Positions 25,996 through 36,166 of a stretch of 64,000 bases of DNA are shown here, in pieces. The stretch lies in the NCBI GenBank assembly GCA_904063045.1, contig CAJFCJ010000006.1, forward strand, positions 4,480,408 to 4,544,407. The letters are read 5' to 3'. The notes below the pieces were generated by a model. That model saw nothing but the letters and a program-made list of their open reading frames with translations, was not told where the DNA came from and did no database searches. Position 1 is the first letter of the stretch. Each line of letters opens with the position of its first letter. Source of the stretch: Dimorphilus gyrociliatus. Its lineage: Eukaryota > Animalia > Annelida. The translations under genes were made by a program, and so were the position numbers.

Positions 25996-26586
25996 ATTAT
26001 CAGAGGTAAAGTGTTTATTTACAATTTTAGAAATCCGATTTTTTGGGCAATTGTTAGCAGTTTCTGTACAATGAACGATAAAAATATAATTTCGCAGTTA
26101 TAACTTTCTTCTTCTTTTTTTTTTTAAACAAACAATCAATTAGCGACAGAAATTAGACAAGAAAATATCTCTTTAATAGCAATTAAGGAAAGAGAGAGGA
26201 GAGGGGGGCAGGGCAAAGAAAAAAAAACTAAAAAACATAAAATATGAGAGACAAAAATAAAATCTGCAGAAAGAGGAATAAAATAAAAATTACTGAAAAA
26301 AAAACAAAATATTAAACGTAAACGCGTACATACACAATTAATATACATACACACCATGACAAATTACTTAAGAAAATGAAAGAAAAGAGGAGAGGATAAG
26401 AATAGTAATAATAATAATGATAATAGAAAAAAAAAGTTCATTTTCAAAGAGTCGAAAAACAGGTTAGTTTTTTTTTTTTGATGACTAGAAATGAAACAAG
26501 AAACAATCATTTCTTTTACAATAAAAAAAAAGAACTAGAAAACTACGTTACACATAGGTTACAGATTAGTTTAGTTAATTTTTGCT

Positions 26587-26729
26587 TTAGACTGTTGTTT
26601 CACGAAACACTTTCACTACTGAATTACCGTTTTGGCGTACGTGAATTAGTTTTGTACTGTCACATTCGGAGATTTTTATTTGACGGTCAGGAACTGAAAC
26701 GCCAACTCTTGCTCCTGATTCGACTTTCA
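26587..26729 (-). CDS. Candidate alternative terminal exon of INPP5A ending in a class I PDZ ligand (VFRETTV)
   Basis: Strong acceptor (ttttattcctcttttag|), phase 1, open 47 codons to TAA; compatible with the phase-1 donor at 27768. Confidence 0.6.
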
Positions 26730-27040
26730 CTAAAAGAGGAATAAAAGAAAACAAATAGAATTATTGATAGGAAAAAAAAGCTGTGAATAAATAATAAAAG
26801 AATAAAAAAAAAAGATTGAGAAAATCAAACAATCAAGGTTAATATGATAATAACAAATATAAAATATAGGAAAATTGTGTATCAGCAGATATTAGTCAAT
26901 TAAATGAAGGTAGGATATAAGAAATTTGCTAGTATGCAAGTTTGTAAGCAAAAAATCAATTAGGAAGCAAAAAGAATCAGCGGTAAAATTATAAAGCAAT
27001 TTATAGCCGTGTTGATTAAAGTGCTTTTTATCATGAGATG

Positions 27041-29559
27041 TCAGCGACGTTGGTTCACCTTATCGTCAGTTTTGGAAACAAATTCTTCGCACAACCTAAC
27101 ATGATCGTGATCCAATTCCTTAACAGTGCTCTCTTCTGCCTGGAAGCGCAACTCATTTTTTTCTACCTGCTCCTGAAGAATTACACTTGGTTTGATTGCC
27201 TCCTCTTTTACTTCTGATTCCTCTTCATCTTCGGAGTCAGGCTCCGTATCGCTTCTATGGTCGTACTTTTTTAATAAGCTCAAAACATTATTGCACCTCA
27301 TAACTGTTCTAACTGCCTTAGAGAAGCTTGATTCTCTAATCAGCTTCCTATCACTAGATTGAGAAGCCGTGGGAATGGGAACAGGGGCATTTGGAGAAAC
27401 GATTTGCTCGTCAGTCGACGGCCGTCTGATCGTGTCAAAATATTCCCCTCGAAGCTGCTCTTGATGCTCAAAAACAGCGTAGTCGTGTATGCTAACTTGA
27501 TTGAAGTCACCCGTTACTGTAACAGTCTCACCGTTGATCGACAGTTTCTTTTTCAGGCCTTCCTTCTCTACAACTTTATCCATAACGCCTGTCGATACTG
27601 TTTACGATATGGGTTCGAGACATGCATAAAAAATTTCATACAGAACACTCAATATATTGGTTTTTTTCTTTAAAAAAATTTGGATTGATTAAATATATAC
27701 ACAGTGTATAAACAGTGTATATAGCGTAAACACATAAATCTATAAAAGATGAATAAAATTACATTACCTGCACCAGTCGCTCGCAGTTTAAACAAAAGGA
27801 AGACGGGTTTATGGTCACCCATACAGGTATCAGCACCAATGAGATCATAAATAAGGGGGAATGTTGAATCATAATCCATAAGATTCTTTGCCATTTTTGT
27901 GTACATGATTCGATCGCACCAGGCGGGAACTCTTGACTTCATGAACGACATTCCATCATTTATATTTTCCATATAAGGGTAAGATGGAGAAAAGTTTATC
28001 GGAAACTCTTCAAGTCTGTCATACTCTCTGGCTTCTTTATCGAAGTCTCTCATCTACAAATTAATTTATTTTTTACGGCGTAAAGAGAAATTTTGCCATC
28101 TAAAGCCGTTTATTAATAAAACAAACCCATTGTCCGTGATTGTATAGAAATACATCGTGATGATTGTAATGTTCAAAACCCTTCTTTTCTATTGTTAAAA
28201 CGATCTGAAAAGTTACACATAAATATATCTTAACACACATATATTGCATAAATATCTACGTCGTATAGGGTTATATGTTTGTATATACCAATAATTACAT
28301 TATGCAATTTATTTATACATTAGGTTTATACTGAATATATGATATACATAATATGAATAAACATATCTATTATATAACAATATGCTGAGCGAAGCAAATA
28401 GGTTTATTGTTTTATCGTATCTTTGAAATTTATCTTCAATACTAATATGTGCGAAACGAATTAAATATCAAAAGGTTATCTACCTCCCCCTTTGTAGGAT
28501 CTGAAGTCGACAGGTAATCGATTTTTGTCACTTCATCCCGCTTACTTCTTACTTCTCTGGATTTCGTCTCGCCCGTTATTGACTGTTGATAAACAAAATG
28601 TGTTTAACAACAACTTAGTCATACACCGATAATCACAGTATTTTGTCGATATAATATTCATTTATTACCAACCTTTATTAAGTAGTGAGTGTCCAAACGG
28701 AAATTAAAATCCCCAAAGATAAACATTGGCGCTTTTTGATGTTCATCCTCCTCGAACCGGTCGAGCGTATGTTGTAAGGCCCTTTTTCTATTTTTAGCGT
28801 AGATCGACGGACTCTGCAATTAAATGAACCGCAATTCGACGACGTCAACGAGTGCAACGAACCGACGTACAGCTTCCATAGCAGTGATATTGTTAGCATC
28901 GTGGAAGAGATGAATATTCACGAGGTCGTAGACCCTGTAAGGTTAATGAAGAAAAAAAAGACCATTAATTAAATGTAAGTAACAGAATTCCCTGTTTAAA
29001 GAAGAAACGAAAAACAAAACTAGTTGTTCTATAGTTAAAGACAACGAGAGGTAGAATATAGATTTTTACTTTTTAATTATTGAGAAATAGAGCGGAATAC
29101 TTACACTTTGTTGTTCACTCTCCAGCGTGTTCTCATAAAGCCTTTTCGCGACCATTTGCACTGGAAATGGATAATTAAATGCGTTTTTTTTTCTAAAATA
29201 TAAATCATATTCAATTGATTGTATACATACGTCTGGGAAGTAGTTTTGGGGAAATTTCGCTTTCTCCTTCGTGGTGTATTTTTCTATATTACCTGAGAGT
29301 ATCTCGTGGTCATTCGCACCAATTGCAGTGAAATTGTAAGCTATAATTTTCGAGTAGGCGTTGCATGTGAGAATGAGAGAATGACGAAAAAAAATATTCA
29401 TTTTAATTACAATAGGATTTCGGCATATTATTGAATATTATTTTAGTTGCATACTTGCAAAGTCGTAAATGTCGATATTAACAACATCTTTATGTACAAA
29501 ATAGAGATTTCCTAGAGCCTGTATAAAGATAAATAAAGAATAGAGATAGATAGATGGAA

Positions 29560-29600
<41 letters not shown>

Positions 29601-30933
29601 AGATAGGATAAGATTAAAAAATGAAGAAGTATTTAAGTAATGAAAAACATTTATACAAACAGTAAATTTATCTGGAGCAGAACAATCTTCGTCTAGAAAT
29701 AATCTTGATTTGTCGTAATTTAACTCCATCATTTTATTAAGTATTTTCCTATTTAGAGATATATGTAATGTATTATTAGAATATTATCTTTGCTAGAGGA
29801 GTATACAAGAAAAACAAAATATATAATGCAATACGAACTTTGCCCAATTATCCACGTATTTGATAGTTTTGACATAATCCTTCCCTCCGACTTCTTGGCA
29901 GTGAATTGCCACAAAATGAGCTCCGATATCACGTATTTTCTAAATAATAAGAGAAAAAAGTGTACAGCAAACGTTCAATAAAAGTCTTTTCGTGTCTCTC
30001 TTTTTGTTTCGAGTGTGATTAATGAGACAGAAATATCATTTTATTGCATACTACGTAAAGTATCTCCAATTCTATGTAACCATAGAGACGAGTTTATATT
30101 TACGGAGACCAATAAAGATAAAATTTCTGTTATGTACCTCCCTTTAGCAGGTAATAAAAATGTTATAAATATGTGATGAATCTAATCAGCGTTTCTTTCC
30201 TTCAGTGCATTAATCGTCAATTAGAAAAGTTAAGTGATGCAATATAATTTATTTAAGTTAACCGATCGAAGAAATATAAAAGTATAATAAATATGAAAAT
30301 AGAAAAAAAAAATGCTCACTCCGATAAAACATTCGATCCACTTATCCATCATTGTCGGTTTACTGTTGTCGGCCTGCGAAGAATACAAAATGAGGGGAAT
30401 TAGTACAGTATAAGGAAGTAGCAATAATTTACACATATAAATTCTATTCGGACACTTTCTAATCTGTGGCTAATCTCTGGAGACAAATAAACGCGTTTGA
30501 TGACAACGTATGTCACGTTAAAAGATAATAGGATCGATGTAGGAATCCGACTATACATTAAGTCATATTCGGAGAGATCAGATCTATTACCTTATGAGGG
30601 GATGGACCTTTTTTTGCCCATATAATCTTCTTAAAAAGGCGTGGTTTATCACATTATAGGCTTAAGGGCATATTAAAACCATTTAACGAATATCGTCCAA
30701 GAAAAAAAAATATTGGGTCAAAAATAAAAACACGTAATAGCGGATATTAGAAATTTCGAACAGCTTATCACTACCAATAATACGAGATTACAATTGATTT
30801 TCTATAAAATTATAACAAAAAAATGGCCTGACAAACTAACCGAATCCGATTCTTGCACTTCGAATATTGAGCCTATGTTGGTCGTTATAAATAAGACTTT
30901 CATATCGTTTTCTTTTTCCTCTCTCTCTGTCAT
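27041..30933 (-). CDS. INPP5A: Type I inositol 1,4,5-trisphosphate 5-phosphatase with long C-terminal tail
   Basis: About 12 exons: VLFITTNIGSIFE, HFVAIHCQEVGGK, ALGNLYFVH, KFPQNYFPDCKWSRKGFMRTRW, DLVNIHLFHDANN, FIFGDFNFRLD, FSPSYPY, SRVPAWCDRI, MGDHKPVFL. Final exon 27597-27041. Confidence 0.93.
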
Positions 30934-32132
30934 GATGAAGTATTGTGTAATATTAAGTTTCAAAACCAATGTATTCCGGATTCTTCGTATCAACTCATAT
31001 TTCTAACGAAAAAATACCATTGTGATCGTCCACAATCATCTCTCGAACTACAGGTTCGATACTAGATTTGCATATTGACGTCATTGCTTTTAGACTGGTA
31101 ACGAGTTCCATTTAATATAAACAATTTTTAAGAATATTTTTCAACGCCTATTCACAATTCAATTAAATTTCAACTAGAATATGTAAAATGTGGTTGAATA
31201 AAACTTGTTCGAAATTGTCTGGTTCAATGTTCGTTTCCAAAAATATGGCGGACAATTCGAATAAAGAAGAAAACGAAAACATCAAACACATTTCTCTAGA
31301 ATAGCACATATGTTAATAAATAGGACGAATATAATTAGAATACTAATAAGGTCAACAAATACAAGGAGAATGATATAGAAAGTAAAACAATTATCAGTCA
31401 TACAAACAATTATTTCTATTCAAAAAAGAATATGAAGAAGAAAAAGATAAGATGAAACAAAACACGTTAAAGAAAAGAGAGGAGAAAAGTATTGCTCAAT
31501 GTAAATAATTACTCAATTTTATTTGTTATAGAAATTCCTATTAAGATTAGATACTATTGATTTAGGAGTTATTGAGTAGAGAAGAAAAGTCACAGAGCGT
31601 GCTATTCCAAGAATTATAAAACTTTTATTCATAGTACACACGATACTATTTCTAAGCTATAAATACTCTACGAGTGCATATATTTGATGCAAAACGTTGC
31701 TCAATTCATTTTTTTTATATAAAAAGGATATTTTCATCCGAGAACAAAGAAAAATATGTAAAAATACACCTGTATATATATTTGCAGATATATGTCTTTA
31801 AACGATTTATACATATATAAGTGGTAATGACAAATAATCGTATTTGCTTTAGTAAGGATACACTCTATTTGTTCGTTTGAAAGAGAGCCACCACCCTTCT
31901 CATTTGCGATAGATGATCTTTTTTCATCCGTCTATCATGAAGGTTTCAATTGTGTTTAAATATTACCTTTTCAATGCCAAAGTCGAATTTAAAATTTAAT
32001 ACAAAAGTACAATCACCTTCAGAGAATGAAACGATTTTTCTTTCTATGTCAATAATGTATCTGTTTTATATACTTATATATATATATAGTTCTTTTCCCT
32101 CCATCCACCTCCTCCTATCTAAAAACTTTTAA

Positions 32133-32147
32133 CCGCTAGATGGTGTT
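32133..32147 (+). promoter_or_regulatory. CTCF-like motif CCGCTAGATGGTGTT
   Basis: Close to the CCGCYAGRKGGYRC consensus. Confidence 0.4.
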
Positions 32148-33179
32148 CATTTCAACTATTCTTACTAAAGAATAAATAGAGAAGTATACATAATTAAAGA
32201 AGAAAACATAATGTTTTATCTAGTTGACTGCGTACGTTAATAGTTTAATAGATATTTTAATTATTTATTATCTATGTATCAATGATTTACGATTGTTCAA
32301 GAAAGTCAATACAATCTTTAAACAGAGCTTTACAACTCATAAAATATAAAGTATTGTTTTATTAATATAGTTCATATTTATATTATGCATATAATAAAAA
32401 AGAAACCTTTTTTTAACTGTTTAATAAATTAATCTATTAGTGTACGGCGTCAACCGTGTATTTATACAATGTATTAGTTGTTAGAAAAAAAAAAGACATA
32501 GAAAAAAGATTACTTGATAAATTTACTTTCCTCATATAACAGTATCTCATTTATTATTAGACGACGAATATACGACTATATACAAGTTAAAGGTAATAAC
32601 TTATCAATTATATGATGTGTGTTTGTAGTATGAACATTTTTGTTCCTAAGTTAGCAAGTTAATTTTCTTTCAACTTCATATAAAAAAAGGTATGATGAAA
32701 AATATATTGTATTACACTAATAACGAATTTTTATAGAATGTTTTTGATATTAAAAGCAATCTTTTTCTGTGTTAATAATGATGACGTAGCCGTGACGTCA
32801 TCTTAAAATATAAATATTAAAGAAAGTGAATAATTGTAATACGATAGTTAATATTAACTTTTAAAAACACCACGTACAGTTTTTGTTTGTACAAGTTAAA
32901 AAATGGGCGCGGTGGGGTGGGGAGGGGTATTGGAAGAGAGAGTGAGAGAGTGAGAGTAGTGGTATGGATTGATTTATATATTAAACAAAAACAAATAGAC
33001 ACATATGTAAGCATTATATTTACAAAGAAAAAAGAAGAACAAAAAAACAATATGATAATTAAGGAAAAAATTTCTTCTTAACGTAGTATTCTATAATAAT
33101 TTTTATAACGATTTGTGCTCTTTTCCAATGTAATATCCATCCAATAGCATAGCACTGTACATTAACTAAATAGGATTAC

Positions 33180-33220
<41 letters not shown>

Positions 33221-33297
33221 AGAGAGAGAAAAAAAACAATAAGAAAGTTTCATGTAGATAATTTAATCTATTTTGATCGTATTACAAAAATATTTAC

Positions 33298-33570
33298 CTG
33301 GTGAATTTCACTTAAATGTTTTGTTAAAATTGCTTCGATATTCTGTATATCATTAGCTATAAAAAATGTTAAAATTTTAGCGGCTTCTTTTGTCGCTTCA
33401 TCTCGACAATTATCTTGATCTTTTTGAATTTTAAAGCATAATTCTTCGTACCGTTTAACCTTTCTAATTATCTTATTGTAATATTCTAAAGATAGATTTT
33501 CAGCTTGAGATAATTCCTTTAAAAATTGATTTTCTTCTTCGTATATAATTTTATATTTGGAGCATAATTC
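33298..33570 (-). CDS. Orphan 273-nt exon of an uncharacterised helical protein; further weak exons possible down to about 31560
   Basis: tttatcag|...cag|gtaaat, phase 0-0, 91 open codons (ELCSKYKIIYEEENQFLKELSQAENLSLEYYNKIIRKVKRYEELCFKIQ..). The rest of the gene was not assembled. Confidence 0.4.
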
Positions 33571-33879
33571 CTGATAAATTTTATTGATTGAAATGATCAA
33601 TGTATTAATCATATTCATTTGTCAAATCCAGAAATTGGTTAGAAATGATAATAAAGTAGTTTTAGGGTTGTTATTACACTATTTCCTCCTTCTCCTTAAA
33701 ATAGTATGCATAAAAAATCAGTATAAAACACTTAATACAATGGATTGTACTCAATATGTGTATTCTTCAATATAATATACCGTCTTAATTAATTGCAGTA
33801 GTAGCTAATTTGAATATTCAAAACATCATAAATAAATTTGAAATCCATTGTAGTGAATTTAAAAAAAAATTACCGTACC

Positions 33880-35205
33880 ATGCTTCAAACGTGTTCCAAT
33901 CTTGGGTCGAGACTGAAAAATCTCTGTCAATGTCGGTCTGAAGCTAACGATAGCGGTAATAAATACAAAAATATAAGATCGTTATGAAATTGTTTCAGTG
34001 TTTACAAATCCACTTTTTTTTTAATTTGTATATCCGTATTTATTTTATGTAAATATATATAAATAGATATGATATAGGGTCAACGTCGATTCATCAACAG
34101 AGAAGGAGATCTATTGCGGCTGAACATTACGATCCGGAAAAGGATGACGATGGTCCAGCCGTTATCCATCCCAAATCGAAAGAGCAGGAGGAACGTCTTA
34201 GATCAACGCTAAAAAACTGCTTTTATTTTCGTCATTTGGATAGTGATCAGCTAAAATTATTAATAGGCGCAATGTTCGAAAAGAAGGTAGAGAAGACTAA
34301 TGAACTTATCATTAAACAAGGAGATTACGGAGATTATATGTACGTTGTTGAGGAAGGCAAATTTGAAGCGTTACTATTAAAGAACGAAAAAGGTAAAAAT
34401 GGCAAAGCCGAATATGTTAGGACTGTACCGCCAAAAGTTTACGATAACGAAGGCTTCTTCGGGGAACTTGCTCTAATGTATAATACAGTTAGGGCTGCTT
34501 GCATAATTTCAAGATCTCCTGGAAAATTATGGGTTCTAGATAGGCAAACGTTCCGTAGAACAATAATTAAATCAACTCACGAAAAGTTGAAACAATACGA
34601 GGAATTTTTACAAAAAGTTCCACTGTTTAATGAACTAACAAATTACGAAAGAAATAATATTGCATACGCCCTACAAACTATAGAATTTAAAGACAAAGAT
34701 ATCATTTTAAAGCAAGGAGAACCTGGAGATTCAATGTATTTTGTCGAGAAAGGATTGGTAAAATGCACCATAAAGGTAAGAGGGAATGGGGAGGAAGGGA
34801 GGGGTGGGGATATTGCCAAGAGTCCATTATACCGTTCCGCTAATAAAGGAATATTTTAATAGGATAAAATCGAAGGAGAGAAAGAAGTAAGTAAAATCGG
34901 ACCCGGAGGATATTTTGGAGGTAAGATAAAATATACTTCAATTTGCATTATAATTCGACTAAGAACTTTTACTTTTTTAATGCATTACATACTTATATTA
35001 CAAAGAACTAGCTCTCCTTTCTGAAAAGCCTAGAGCAGCTAGTGTTTACGCTACAGGCGATACCAAAGTTGCCAAATTATCCCGAAAGGATTTCGATCGA
35101 CTCTTAGGAAATTGTCAAGATATTTTAAAGAGAAATGCAGAAGCATACGAAAAACAATTACGAAAAGTTTTCGGTTCATCGAAAGATATTGAATCAATTC
35201 TTTAA
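33880..35205 (+). CDS. cAMP-dependent protein kinase regulatory subunit, type II-like, no visible D/D domain
   Basis: Inhibitor site RRRSIAAE; linker VIHPKS; CNB-A FFGELALMYNTVRAACI; CNB-B YFGELALLSEKPRAASV. Exons about 33880-33955 (tentative), about 34078-34775, 34863-34920, 35006-35205. Confidence 0.9.
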
Positions 35206-36166
35206 AGTGACAGAGAAGGATGATAGGAAGAAGATGACGATGATTATGATGATGATGAAGGCGGCAAAGAACTATTCAATTTATTAATATTTAGTTTTTA
35301 CATAAATATGTATGTATGTAGATTTGTATGTATGTAATCGTGTGAGTGTTTGTAATGAACGTTAGTTGACTCTTTCTTTTCCTTTCCTATCTATCTAGAA
35401 AACAAATATACAAGTACAAATAAGGATATTTATCTATCTATCTATCTATCTAATCTATCTTATACAACTACAATATATATATATAATATATATATATATA
35501 GATCTTTTGCTGATATCCTTTTCATTTTATTCACTCATATTTTTCTACACTTGTCATTATAAATCATTTAGAAACACCAAATGAACAAGAGGCACAAAGA
35601 GTTCTCTATATATTCTTTCAATTTATCCTTATTATAAATCTAATTAATTGTAGAAGTTCTTTTCTATCAGAAATATTCATTTTTCGAAAAAGAATGTTCT
35701 CAATATGCATATTGTTATAAAACAAGAAAGGGACAGTGGAGAAATGAAGAGAATAATAGTAATATTATAGAATTACAACATCTAGATAGATAGAGAAATC
35801 CTGGAGTTAAGCTACTTTATACATGTACTCTTTTATGGAAAGTCTTCGTCTTTCCCCTTCAGCACATTGCCTTGTATGCTCTATAGCTTCTTTAACTCCT
35901 TACTTTTATCCAATTTTACACTTATTAGCATATAGCCTGGAACCTTGTCATGTAGAAAAATTGTCTTTTTCTTTCAAATATAATCAAAAATATTATCCAA
36001 TTTTATTAAATTATATTAGAAGGAAAGAACTTGATATGTTTATTCAATAGAAATTACTAGTTATTAGATAAACATACGAATATGTCATAATTTCATAAAA
36101 ATTAATTAGAAAAATGTTCTATTGTAAATTTAGCCTATTACTTCCGCCGGGTTCGGTATCCAGGCA

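Noticed and set aside
27598-27767. Possible CaaX micro-exon within the last INPP5A intron
   Set aside because: The only internal AG gives a 28-nt intron and no CaaX-terminated frame.
31245-31620. Plus-strand ATGGCGGAC.. short ORF and Lys/Glu-rich fragments
   Set aside because: Frames close quickly and phases do not join; AAAATATGGCGG more likely belongs to the INPP5A promoter (YY1-like).
33880-33955. Minus-strand reading LQTDIDRDFSVSTQDWNTFEAW as an exon of the orphan gene
   Set aside because: The same bases give an ATG-initiated, phase-compatible first exon for the PKA-R gene, which is more parsimonious.
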